DNA of 64,000 nucleotides from Tubiluchus corallicola (GCA_030141605.1 JAQGDQ010000204.1:1-64000), one strand, 5' to 3'. Positions 1-12,087 are shown, numbered from the stretch's first letter. Notes: generated by a model not told the origin, from the sequence alone. Translations and numbers: made by a program.

Positions 1-588
1 AACAACATCGTCAGCAACAACAGCAATAACGGCGTCATCAACGAGCATGGGTCCCCCACCCAACCTCGTTTTTGTCAACCGGAAGAAAGCATCCGACCAG
101 GATAAAGATAAATGAATATTTTTTAAATAGTAAAGGTACACCCCATCGGGATAAAGATAAATGAATATTTTAAAAAGTAAATACACTTCAGTCTCTGGCA
201 ATTTTAGTCTAATAGTAAAGCGCCTCAGTTTTTATTTCTCTTTGTACATCTAGTCTAGATAAAAGTAAAATTTTAAATACCCTATTGTCAAAAAAGAAAT
301 CTTTCAATAAAAATGTGGCTAATGCAACTTGTGAGTTTTTGGGATTATATATATATCCTCACCTAAAAAATACTGACTCGTTGAAATTCGTGCAGACTAG
401 AAGGCTGCAGGCATTCAATTTTATCTAGACGGCAGCTGTCCTACTGTCTGCTTGCTGTACATTCCAACGGGCTTTTTTTTTAAAAACAGGTACACGCACT
501 TAAATAGTCGCGGGTGTCACGTCTCGCAAGTCAATTAACGGATTAAGCCCTCATTAGCTAGGTAGTCGAGTCAATTACCGGATTAAGC

Positions 589-779
589 AATAGACACGTG
601 CCCGCCTTGGCGTCTGATCAGATGAGAGCATTCGTTGCGGGTTTAAACATGCGAGTTAGTACAGATAGAAAGATTTTTACAAAATAGACACGTGCCTGCC
701 TTGGCGTCTGATCAGATGAGTGCATTCGTTGCGGGTTTAAACATGCAAGTTAGTACAGATAGAAAGATTTTTACAAAAT
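589..779. repeat. 94-bp tandem duplication (2 copies) in the putative Polinton terminal region
   Basis: AATAGACACGTGCC...GATTTTTACAAAA starts at 589 and 683, with few mismatches. Confidence 0.9.
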
Positions 780-1496
780 GAAAAGATAATTTTAACTAAC
801 ATTAGTTATTATTGTTCTGTCGGATAAAAAAGTGGATGACGACCAAAGATCAGACTCTGCTTTAGGTAATACCGCATCATCATCATCATCATCGTCGTCG
901 TCATCATCATCATCGTTGGATACAGTTGACAAAAAAATAAAGAAACCCAGAAATTAATCATGCTCGGCGACGCGTGAGTAGACTGTATGTTACACGCGGT
1001 AACGTTCGTGCTAATGGTCGGCCCGTGCTAACAATCGTGCTCGGCGGTGTGTGCGCGTGTGAGTAGACTGTATGTTGCACGATGCGACCGCATTGGATGG
1101 AGCGAAGAAGGCTTTTCGACGACGGCATCCATCCATCTCGGATAAAGGTAGGATAAAATTTTTAAAAATTGTATTGCAACTTAGACGCGCATAAAAGAAC
1201 ATTCTAACCCGGATGAGGGTATGGTAAAATTTTTAAAAATTGCAAGGCAATTTAGACTCGCATAAAAGAACATCCTAACCATTTAGCGACGACGACGAGA
1301 CTGCTGCACGTGGGTAGAGAAATCTTTTAGCCCATTATCTAGCTAGCTAGGCGGCGAGAGTCGATTACCGGATTAGCCACAATTAGGGTGGAGCAAGCAA
1401 AGTGCGCAGCGAGCGCATGTCGAACGGACGACTGCATTTACCGCGGAGGGGGGGGGGTGTTCTCGCCGGGCGCACCCCCCCAAAACGTGCGCGAGT

Positions 1497-1730
1497 CCCA
1501 ACCGTCACTCCTAATCCTTAAATCGAGCACTTAACTAGCGCAACAATAGACCCACTTCACTTTTTTAGGGGGGTGATTTTTGTTCCCACCCCCGGCAGTC
1601 GAGGGGGGCGTGGCCCGTCGACCAACCGTCACTCCTAATCCTTAAATTGGTCACTTAACTAGCACGACAATAGAGCCACTTCACTTTTTTAGGGGTGTTT
1701 CCGGATTTTCGCACTTTTTTAGGGGTGTTT
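1497..1730. repeat. Subterminal direct repeats (CAACCGTCACTCCTAATCCTTAAAT...CACTTTTTTAGGGG)
   Basis: Two copies about 124 bp apart plus a partial third, followed by C-run repeats. Confidence 0.85.
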
Positions 1731-1909
1731 TTCCCCACCCCCCCGGGGAAATCCCCACCCCCCGGGGAAATCGGCCAGAGGCAAAACATCTATACTACTC
1801 ACTCCAAATAAATAAATAAACGCCAGAAAGCGAGCTTGTGATGCGTGGCCCTGAAACGAGATTGCAGTTCTCTGAGTTCTTCATCTTTTTACTCTTTGCT
1901 CTCTTGTAG

Positions 1910-2032
1910 ATTGTTGCGAGGATGACAACGATGAATGCTTACCAATAACTCTTGATACATCAGATATCATCTATGACTCGGTTAAATGTATCGACTTGGC
2001 ACGATCAATGAATGCTCGCTGTGTTGATGCAG
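1910..2032 (+). CDS. Peroxidase exon (CCEDDNDECLPI...KCIDLARS)
   Basis: ttgtag acceptor, gtatgt donor, phase 1-1. Confidence 0.85.
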
Positions 2033-5000
2033 GTATGTCTAACACAATACACATATAAGTAATACTCGAGTAATATGGACGTAGTATGAGCGTCTAACTC
2101 GTCGTAACCGTGTCACATCAATAAAACGTAAGTACCATTATTTGAAGTTGGACACGTTTCCTTGCTGAAACTGTATTCAACCCCTCTAAAAAGTCTAAAT
2201 ATTTGGAATTTTTATGCTTCCATAGAACTTTTTTTGCTGTAGTTCAAATAAACAGATGTTATACCAACTGTGTTATAGAGATTCAAAGGCAAATATTAAA
2301 ACTGTCACGACACCTTTTTTCCTGATCATGAAAGGGTTAGCCTACCATAGAAAAACTAATAAAGATAACAAACTGCAGGCTCCAATTTGATTTGCTTTCG
2401 CAGGCGTCGAAATCCTGATTGTTTCGACACCAGTAGGCGTTGAAGTTGCGTGGACGTTTTTAATGTGTTTACCGGACGTTAAATTAATTTTTATGGTGTT
2501 TATATTACTGTCTGGTTTCTAAAATGTATATTAAGTTCAGAATTTTAAACAAAGCAAGTCAATTGCTGATAATTATATATCTATATTCTCTATTTAGGCA
2601 CGGGACCACGTGCTCAGATAAATGAAATAACAGCTTATATAGATGGATCCCAAGTTTATGGAAGCAGCAAGGAATGGGCGGATAGTCTAAGAAGTTTTAA
2701 GAAAGGTACAGAATGAGCAGTTTTCTTTAGAAAAGTGTTTTCAGCCAGAAAGGCTTCAATAAGTGTGTAGTTTATAAAATTACACGCCCGCTATTTCTAG
2801 TTATATCTAGACTAAACAATTCTGAATTAAAGTATAATTTCACGCAGCTAAAATAAAAACGCGATTTTAGAATGACACATTAATCAATGCATGATATTTC
2901 AGGACAGCTTTTGGTTTATACTGATGTCGAAAAAGGTGACTTCCCGTTGGCTGGAGGGCAGTTTTGTTCAGGCACACCATGTTTCATTGCAGGTATACCA
3001 TCTTTGCTTGCTGCTGCAATCGTTACTGCTATTATTGCTGTTGATACTGCTGTTATTGCACTGTTACTAGCGTATCACTTCTGTCGTTCCGTTGCTACTG
3101 CCGCTGTTGTTGTTGCCACTGCTTCCAGGTTTTGAGAGCATTTTTATTATAATTATATTACTTTTATTTTAGTTGTGTCTGTGAATGTGCATGTAAATAT
3201 GGTAGTGATGATGACGACGGTGACGTTGATGCTAATGATGGTGATGGTGGTGGTTGTGGTAGCGCTGTTGCTGCTGCTTATGATAAGAATGATGTGGAAG
3301 AGAAGGAAGATGGTGGAGAGATGGTGTGATAATACGTGATCCTTTAACCTGAAATAAAAAAATATAATTATAATAATCACATCATTGTTGTCATTAATGT
3401 TGGTCATGTTTGCTATGACGGTGATAAATGACAACGATGATGACAATGATTATGATGATGACGACGACGATGATAATGGTACGATGACGGTAACAAGGAG
3501 AACGAAGATGGTGCAGAGAAACACAATGAAGGTATTGATGATGATAAAGAAACTACCACGGCGAAGTTGATAATACATGTAGTCAGAAATTAGTAATATT
3601 GTTTTGCGATTGTCTCTGATAAAGTTTTGCCTCTTGTGCAGGTGATGTGAGGATAAATGAGCAATTTGGTTTGACAGCCATGCACACTTTGTGGGTTCGC
3701 GAACACAACCGAATTGCAGGCAAATTCCACAAGATGAAAATCAAAGGCTGGAATGATGAAATTATATTTATGGAAACGCGTAGAATCGTGGCAGCCATGA
3801 TGCAGGTGCGCCCATTTGCTTTTTAGCTTTAACTGATTAAAGCAAAAATGTACAAAATTTAGTTAAAGTAAAGCACGCAAAAAGCTTATTGATGATTCAG
3901 TAAAACTTCTAACCGTCTACATAATTAGCTTGCTGACTGACTTACCAATTAACTGATCAACTGACTAATAATTGATTAATCGTCTATCAGTCAGTCACTC
4001 AATCAGCAATCACCACTCACTGAACAACATTCACTAACAAAGCAATTGACTTGCTGATAAGCTAAACTGGTAATGAAACCAATAACCTACCAAAACAAAA
4101 ACTAACTAACAAATAAGCAAGCAAACTGACAGACGGACGGACAGACAAACAGACAGGTATCCTGGCAGTGAAGCAGGCAGATAGAGAGGCACGCAGACCA
4201 GACAGACAGACTGGCAGGCAAGCAAGCAAGCAAGCAAACGGGCAGGCAGAGAAACAGAAGACAGGTAACCAGACAGACATACAGACAAACAAACAAACAA
4301 ATAAACAAAAAACAAATAAATAAACAAACAAGCAAACGAATAAGCAAGCAAAGAACCAAACAAATAAACGAACGTACAGACAAACAAACAAACAAACATA
4401 GCCTTTCAGTCAGTTAGATAACCAGTTTTGCAAGAAAGCTTTTCTTCAGCAATAGGTATCTTAATTTCAATGTTCAACTTGACCTGACCGATTGCATCGC
4501 TTGTTGCTCAACCAACGAATCAACAAAGCTAATGAACCAGCAAAACAATTGGCTACTAAAACTCTGAAGACAACGCTTGAATAATTGTATTTTGTGCTGA
4601 AGTACATAAAAAAGAGATTATTTAATAGCCATCATCAAGTAATTAGTAGCATGATTCAAGCTTCGGATAAACACTGAGCAAGCATTTGCTAATTGTAAAC
4701 GATCTATAAGGCAGGGAAACTGTTTGCAAGGCACTTGCATGATTTGCAGCTCTTTTTCCGGCAGGGAAAGTGATGTTCGCGTATCATTATTAACGTACGG
4801 TATAGACAGAATTCAATGGATTAGTGTGTTTTATTGCAGGCGATTACAGTAAAGGAATTTTTACCAGTCGTTTTGGGCTCAGCGTTTGATCAAACCTACC
4901 CTGGATATGACAGTGAGACAAATCCAAGTATTGGAACCGAATTTGCAACAGCTTCATATAGGTAAAACACTTACTGAAGTGTGACGATAAATCATTCTCA

Positions 5001-8000
5001 AAGGAGTGACAGAGTTTTGTCCATTGTGGTATAGTAGTAGATTTGTTGACAAAATTTTTTACACAACATTAAAGGATAGCAAACAGATAAAAATAACAAA
5101 CTTGAGTCACTAAATTGCTTACGGGATAGATGACATTAATTTACAAAACAAAAAGCATATCAGCTAAGCATAGGAGTGAGATAATATATGCCATATCAGT
5201 CAGCATCAAATTTATACAACCTTTCAAAGCAAGTGACGTAAGGCTGCTCGTTTTCAAACAATTCTATTCAGTTTGAAAGAAGATCCAGAAAACACTAGTC
5301 AAAAAATTTAAATTTCGAGTCTATATCAGGTGATCTTTGTTCAAGTGACTTGACGGGACACTTGCTTAGCTGCAGACTGTTGAACACAGTCAGTACACAA
5401 ACAAGATACACTATACTAGCTTATATGCGTTACAACGAGGATTTAGTAGATAGCAACATTGTGGCGTGTGAGAGTAGTACATGTGGCGCTAGCTACTGAC
5501 AAGAATGAAAACAAAGTTGTTTTCTATGAAATGACCCAACATGCTTGTTCTGATATTGTTCATATTTTTTAAGTCAAAATTATTCATTTCAGGTCATTAA
5601 AATGTTGATAATATGGCAAGCGCTTTTATGTCTTAAAAACGTCTAGAAGTGAGTAACCAATGCTTTGTAGGTTTGGTCACACTATTGTTGCAAGCATGTA
5701 CAAGAAGGAAAATAGCCAGGCTTTTACTCTCCATGAAACGTATTTCGACCCAAGTTATTTAGTGGATTATGGACTAGAAACCGCTGCTAAAGCACTGTAT
5801 GGGAGTGAAAGCGAGAAATGTGACAGGTATGATCTAAACTTATTTGCGATAAAGGTAAAATTACTTATTGTTTGCATTTTCGTGTTGAAAAATCTCACAA
5901 GTCAATACCTATATATGTGGCGAACATAATCTCAAACTTTGCAAAGCGTGCAAAGCGCCATATATACAGTTTTCAAGAATAAAACCACAATTTCTGGTGC
6001 ATAACGACATTTTAATTAATCGGAGCTAGCTCATAGACGTAACTGGTCTGTGCCAAATTAGAAAACAACTAGGTGTTTTTTGTTTAGAAATATAGGTGTA
6101 CAATATAAACATAAATGTAAATTTAATGTAAATGTAAAATGTAAATTTATGTTTACAAAACATTTTGTAAATATAAACAAAAAATATATAGGTGTAACTG
6201 GTGTGTGCCAAATTAGAAAACAGTTAGTTCGTAGAGTAACTGCTCAATGCCATATTAGAAAGCATATAGCTTGTCCACATTGAATTAGGAACCAGATAGC
6301 TCATAGATCTAAATGGTCTATGACAAATTAGAAAACAACTATCTCATAGACGTAACTGATTTATAGTAAATTAGAAAAAAGTTAGCTCATTGACTTAATT
6401 GATCCATGTCAAATTACAAAACAGCTAGCTCATAGACGTATTTGATCTATACCAAGCTAGAAAACAGTTAGTTCATAGACTTTATTGATCTATATGAAAT
6501 TAGAAAACAGCTAGCTCATAGACGTAATTGATCTATACCAAGTTCGAAAACAGTTAGCTCATAAATGTAACCGGCCCATGCAAAATTAGAAAACAACTAG
6601 CTCATAGTAATTGATCTATGCCAAGTTAGAAAACAGTTTGCTCGTAAATGTAACTGGCCCGTGCATAATTAGAAAAGAGCTAGTTTATATACTTAACAGC
6701 TCTACACTAAATTGAAAAACAGCTCGTAGACGTTATCTCGTAGACGTAACTGGTTCGTATGCCAAACTATAAACAGATATCTCATAGACGTCGTTGATTT
6801 AGGCCAAATTAGAAAGCAGCTAGCTCGTTGACGGTAACTGTTAACTCCAATGTTTATCGTAACAGGCACTTAACTGAGGGAGTACAAGATCGTTTATTCC
6901 AATCAAAAGAAGCCGACTATGGATTTGATTTAGCTGCAATAAACCTCCAGAGAGGTCGAGATCATGGTATACGATCTTATAACGATTACAGAGCAATGTT
7001 CGGCTTGGCACTTGCAACCACAATGGATGAATTTGACGACGCCATATCTGCAGCAAACATCGAAGCGTTGAAATCAGCTTACGGGTAACGACTATCTAAT
7101 TGTTCATATTACATCATTTATTTGACAAAAGACGCTCTTCCTTCTCTCGACATAGTATGTTGGATGTTAGTTTTCTTCGTTAAGGGACTTATCAACTGAA
7201 TAAGAAAAGACATTATGGTCGCATACAGCTTGCCGATATGATGATATTGAACGACATAAACATAGTTTACAATATAAACTCACAAAGCTCCATATTCTTT
7301 GTTGTTTGAATTGGGGTTATACAGATGGATATCTACAATGTTCACACACTTTTTGAATTAAATTTTTTATGATTCTACTCACTTAGCATGGAATAAATGA
7401 GCAGATAAATGAATAGGAGAATAAGTGAAGTGATAATTGAATGGATGAACGAAAGTGGATAGTAGAGTGAAAAGCGATTGAGTGAGTGAATGATTAAACG
7501 AACGAAAAACGAACGAACGAACGAAATAATACTGATATGCATATATTAGAATGCACAAAAAACCAAGTTATATGATAGGAAAAGAGCAGTTATGCAAATA
7601 TGATAAAATTATTTTAACTTCATTATGATGCCATAATGCAGAAGTACCGGTTCATTTTGGGCAAAATAAGAAGTGTATTCAGCATGTTTTTCATATTACG
7701 CAGCGTTGTTCCGGCAAATTTTTAAGTTATTGTAGTATACTCTCTTATTAAATATCTTAAAACTCAACCGCATTTCATTGTAATTAAATTCGCACATTTC
7801 AGCATATTTGATTTGTACTGTACTGTTCGTTCTGGAATATCCTGACATAGTATATTCAATTAAGAATGTCTTGAGCGCCACTCGCCGGCATGTGTGTATC
7901 GAGATAAGAAACCTGGTACAGATTGCCACACTAGAAATAAAAAACCAAATACCAAGGAACCTATAAGTATCCTGTGCTGTGCCGAACTTACTGATTCTAG

Positions 8001-9002
8001 AGACACGAAATGTCACACTTAGTCTGCTACACTGCATCATTGCTTGCAGTTTTGGCAAATTCATTTTTTTTCTTGCAGAGACAATCCAGGGGACGTAGAT
8101 CAGTTTGCAGGCGGTTTATCAGAAACACCTATAAACGGTGGGCTACTTGGTCGTACCTTCGCTGTATCTGTTAGATTTCAATTCGAAAAACTTCGAAGAG
8201 GCGACAGATTTTGGTTCGAAAATGTGCCAGATAACCCTCCGCCTGTTGATCACAAACACCCGCCTCGTTGGTTTAGTTCAGGTAATTACCGTTATGGATG
8301 ACTACTCAACTTGTACTACATTGTGTAAGCTCAACTTGTACCGCTATGTATGATTACTCAACTTGTACCTCTTTGTATAACTACTCAACTTGTACCTCTT
8401 TGTATAACTACTCAACTTGTACCTCTATGTATAACTACTCAACTTGTACCTCTATGTATAACTACTCAACTTGTACCTCTATGTATAACTACTCAACTTG
8501 TACCTCTATGTATAACTACTCAACTTGTACCTCTATGTATAACTACTCAACTTGTACCTCTATGCATAACCACTCAACTTGTACCGCTATGTATAATTAC
8601 TCAACTTGTACTGCTATGTGTAACTACTCAACTTATGTTACGATGTATAAATAAACGGAACATAAACTTCTCAAACTGTGCAGAATTTTTTTAAAATGAG
8701 CAAACTTGTGTCGTTTGCTTTGAACTATTACTTAATTTGACAGTGACTAATATCATCTTACATTTTTACTTAGTAATTTTTTTTGTTTTTTTATACTAAT
8801 GTCGCTTTACCCTCAAACAGTATAAATTTTATGGACTAAAATTTTTATTTCTGTGATTGTTACCTCACTAATAAATCGCAAAAAAATTGGTTAATAAACC
8901 TACTACTATTACTATAGGTTCTCAACTTACTCTGCTATGTTTAACAACTCACCCAATACTGCAATGCAATGCAATGCTACTCAACTTGCGCCGCTTTCCT
9001 TC

Positions 9003-9062
<60 letters not shown>

Positions 9063-9793
9063 TGAGTGAGTGCGTGTGCGTGCGCGTGCGCGTGCGCGTG
9101 CGTGTGTATGTGTGTGTGTGCGTGTGTGTGTGTATACATGTGTGCCTATGTGTGTTTACTGTATAACGTCGTAAGTTTGTCTTTGTAGAACAAGTAAATG
9201 AATTACATAAAACCACGTTGGCAAGGGTTATCTGTGACAACACACGCATAAAATCGCTGCCACGCAGTGTGATGGTAAAGGAATCAGACAGGTGAGAATT
9301 TTATAAACTGGAAATTTGAAGTATCATTTCGCTGCGTGCAACTAGCAAAATGTCTTCCTTAAACAAATGTATCTCTGTAATCAGAGGAGTTAGCAGCGTT
9401 GTCCCACATTTGGGAAAAAAATTGATGAAATAAAACATGGCTAAAAGACGTAATGTCCCCGAAATTATTGTCGGGGACATCTGCTTACCGAAATCCGTGC
9501 TTTCTGTCTTTACTGACATTTTAAAAAATAGGAATACAAGCCTTTATTGCAAACTTATGCTTGAAAATAGTAAAAAAACGGACAAATGTGAACGAGATAA
9601 AATCAACTAAATGACACGAGTGGCTACTGAAGAAAATACTGTTGCTGTTCTAATAGATTTTGCATTACTTTTCAGTAATCCCGCAATCAACTGTTCAGAA
9701 TTGCCAAAACTGAAGATTGAAGTTTTTGCACCACCGGGATCGCCATCGGGACCGCCACCGCCGCCACCGCCACCGCCACGAGCACAAGCTTAA
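1910..9793 (+). CDS. Animal heme peroxidase (peroxidase-cyclooxygenase superfamily; peroxinectin/peroxidasin-like), 3' part, 10 exons; 5' exons are upstream of the window
   Basis: Exons 1910-2032, 2598-2705, 2903-2992, 3642-3805, 4840-4961, 5671-5826, 6866-7084, 8079-8281, 9189-9291, 9676-9793 splice in frame with GT-AG. Motifs: QINEITAYIDGSQVYGS, CFIAGDVRINEQ, REHNRIA, YRFGH, DLAAINLQRGRDHG, RRGDRFWFEN, LARVICDN. Confidence 0.95.
2598..2705 (+). CDS. Peroxidase exon (RAQINEITAYIDGSQVYGS, Ca-binding loop)
   Basis: tttag acceptor, gtacag donor; hallmark motif. Confidence 0.92.
2903..2992 (+). CDS. Peroxidase exon (GQLLV...FCSGTPCFIAG)
   Basis: ttcag acceptor, gtatac donor. Confidence 0.9.
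3200..3550. repeat. Degenerate (GAT/GAC/GGT)n low-complexity tract
   Basis: Directly visible; intronic. Confidence 0.8.
3642..3805 (+). CDS. Peroxidase exon (GDVRINEQ...REHNRIA...AMMQ; distal Arg and heme-linking Glu)
   Basis: tgcag acceptor, gtgcgc donor. Confidence 0.93.
4080..4400. repeat. Compound tetranucleotide microsatellite (AAAC/AGAC/AGGC/AAGC)
   Basis: Directly visible; source of the spurious CLFV ORFs. Confidence 0.9.
4840..4961 (+). CDS. Peroxidase exon (AITVKEFLPVVLG...NPSIGTEFATASYR)
   Basis: tgcag acceptor, gtaaaa donor. Confidence 0.92.
5671..5826 (+). CDS. Peroxidase exon (RFGH, proximal His)
   Basis: tgtag acceptor, gtatga donor. Confidence 0.92.
6026..6840. repeat. Degenerate 43-bp minisatellite (CTAGCTCATAGACGTAACTGGTCTATGCCAAATTAGAAAACAG-like), intronic
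   Basis: AGAAAACAG recurs at 43-bp spacing (e.g. 6502, 6545); AT-rich interruption at about 6075-6190. Confidence 0.9.
6866..7084 (+). CDS. Peroxidase exon (DLAAINLQRGRDHG)
   Basis: aacag acceptor, gtaacg donor; hallmark motif. Confidence 0.95.
8079..8281 (+). CDS. Peroxidase exon (DVDQFAGGLSE...RRGDRFWFEN)
   Basis: tgcag acceptor, gtaatt donor. Confidence 0.93.
8296..8645. repeat. 27-bp minisatellite (TATGTATAACTACTCAACTTGTACCTC), about 12-13 copies, intronic
   Basis: Near-perfect tandem copies; explains the repetitive ORFs 8298-8654 and 8350-8694. Confidence 0.95.
9008..9155. repeat. (GT)n microsatellite with a GTGC/GTGA tail
   Basis: Directly visible. Confidence 0.95.
9189..9291 (+). 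CDS. Peroxidase exon (EQVNELHKTTLARVICDN)
   Basis: tgtag acceptor, gtgaga donor. Confidence 0.92.
9676..9793 (+). CDS. Peroxidase terminal exon (NPAINCSELP...PPPPPPPPPRAQA*)
   Basis: ttcag acceptor, phase 2, TAA at 9791-9793. Confidence 0.85.
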
Positions 9794-9865
9794 GGGAAAC
9801 TGCACGGTCTAACATCTAGAGATTCATAAATTTGTAATTCCTAGAGACTAAGCCGTGTTATCCTA

Positions 9866-9871
9866 AATAAA
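9866..9871 (+). terminator. Candidate polyadenylation signal of the peroxidase gene
   Basis: AATAAA about 70 bp after the stop; a second copy near 9972. Confidence 0.45.
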
Positions 9872-12087
9872 ACATTTCGTAATCTAATACTTTGTTATGA
9901 GCACACGCACTGTGTGATTTCTAAAAGTTTATTTTCACAGATTCTTGAAGCTCTTAAGCACACTTTACATTAATAAATTCCATAACATGCTCATTTTCAG
10001 TCATGTTCTTGTAGTGTCCGAAAAATTTTTGTAAACCTCTAATTTAACGTGTCCAAATGTATTAATGACCACAAGTAATAGATATCAAGGACAATTCTCT
10101 GAGAGTATGCTCAGCTAAAAATTATGGTTGAAACGGGGGAATTTCTTTAGTCAAGCCCCTGTCCATTTTAAATGTAAAAACTCATTAATTAACAGTATGG
10201 AAAACGCTACAAATGTTTACGGCGAAATTTGTAACTTAAATGTGAATATTATCGGTAAAATGTTTCCTCTCTCTCAATTACAATAATTTTAAAATTCCTT
10301 ACTGTTATAGCATAAATTTATTTGCACCTGCTTCGTATTTGTCGAAAATTGATACAAAATCGCAAAAAAGACAACATCATGGCGAAACACACCTGTTTAT
10401 GGGTTACTTCACAAGCGAGCAACCAAAAAATATCTCCTACTGAGCGTGATTAAAATAACAGGAAATTAATAAACAAAACTGCCTTCTTCAATTTGAGCTG
10501 CAAAAGACTGTTATAAAAGACTATCTCATTCGAGTAGTTATCTGCTCTTATAGTTGAATTTGTACCTGCGTCATGTCCCCCTACAGCGCGCCTATAGTTT
10601 TTACGAAATGAGAATTTATTTTTGGCCACCCAGTAGGCCTTTCGCTGCTTTTCATCAGAGCAAACAACAGAACTTGTTATACGATCAAAGATCAATCACT
10701 GTGTGCGTTTACTTAATACAAGTAATTAATTTTTGGAGGTGGTACAGAAATGTATGCAAATTTATTCTATATTAGTCCAAGGACCTTTGTTAGTCTAAAA
10801 GTTTGAATGTTGCTTTAAGAGACTTCTGTATTACCATGCGCATTACCAAATACCACGTAACATAAGTTAATAAAACGATGTTTATTTTATGTTTTGTGTT
10901 TTTGGTTTGTTTGTTTTAGCAATAGGGTAAAATGAGTTAATGTCGGACGTTTTCTTAAAACCCATTAAATTATCTGGACGTTGTTTTTTCCTTTCATTGT
11001 TTATACTGCCATATCACATCTTTAGACTGGCAGTATCACCATTGCCTAGTAGTTCGTCTTCTAGCAGCCGTATGGTCGTGAACATACACGCTCGCTCAGT
11101 GAGCACGTTTATCCTTCATTGTATTAAGTTTTTATTAATTTGTGGTTAAACAGACCTAAAGCATTAATTATTTACAGCAGCCTCTTTGAGAAATGGTTTT
11201 TATTGCAAGTTACTGCTTCCTTGATACTTTCATAACACAGTTTGCAAAGCACCATATTTGTTTGTTTGTTATACAACTCAAGCAGTGTCCGACTTTACCC
11301 CAAGGTTTAGGCTAATGTCGGACAATTGAATTTTTGTGTCCGACTTTTCGCCCGGAATTAATTATTTATGTAGCTAAAAAACATAGATTTTTGGCCATTT
11401 GAGCCAAAATGTGAAACTAATACGGTTTTGAATGTTGCAGAAACACGGAAAAGCAGTTCTCTTATAAAAAGTGAATAAGTTAGAGATAGTATGTCCCTTA
11501 GCATATGAAGATAAAGTATTATTAGCATACAAGCGTAACAAATTAAAATTAAAAGCTCAGTTGTGCTTTGTTGCTAAAGTACATTAAACCATAAATATTC
11601 ATGGTATTATAGTGGTGGCATACAAAAATGTCTATTCAAACCGGTTTTGAAAAAAATTAAGAAGTGCTAGTGATGAAATATGAAGTACGATGAAGTATTA
11701 ATAATAGACGAGTTGTAAATCCCATTATAAGTATTCTATAATGGCATGGGCGCAAATCCCGGATTAAAATTGTTTTAATTGGTGACAAAACAAACCTATA
11801 GCTTTGCTCGTTGAAGATTAATCACCTTTTCAATTTCTGTCAAAATGATCTAAACCATTTGTGATAGAGAGATCGTTCTAGCTCTACCCTCTGTACAGAA
11901 TATAGTACGCACTATCAACAGCATTTATCAATAAAAAAACATTTGCGTATTTGAATATAGATATAAACTGCATAGAACGAAGTATTGAACCCAAGTCCAA
12001 AAATCCACCTACGCTTACTGTAAAAAGCTGGAAGATCATTAGATGGTCTACACCAGATGTAAAGTTCTGCAAATATATTGGTGAATA

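Larger units (their letters stand above)
1..1799. mobile_element. Terminal region (right TIR) of a probable Polinton/Maverick element lying in a peroxidase intron
   Basis: Ends ...CATCTATACTACT at 1799; the reverse complement 5'-AGTAGTATAGATG matches the (AGT)n / AG...CT Polinton terminus. Preceded by GC-rich runs and several internal direct repeats. Composition reverts to ordinary intron after 1799. No Polinton ORF lies in the window and the left boundary is outside it. Confidence 0.6.

Noticed and set aside
4062-4399. CLFV-rich ORFs (also 12626-13058 and 59170-59481), poly-Ile 40504-40845 and poly-Cys 21801-21989
   Set aside because: All are translations of microsatellites.
6026-6840. 43-bp repeat array as a CRISPR-like array
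   Set aside because: Units are contiguous degenerate tandem copies without unique spacers, inside a eukaryotic intron, with no cas genes.
8298-8694. Repetitive ORFs (YNYSTCTSM)n and (ITTQLVPLC)n as proteins
   Set aside because: They are translations of an intronic 27-bp minisatellite; the peroxidase splices across it in frame.
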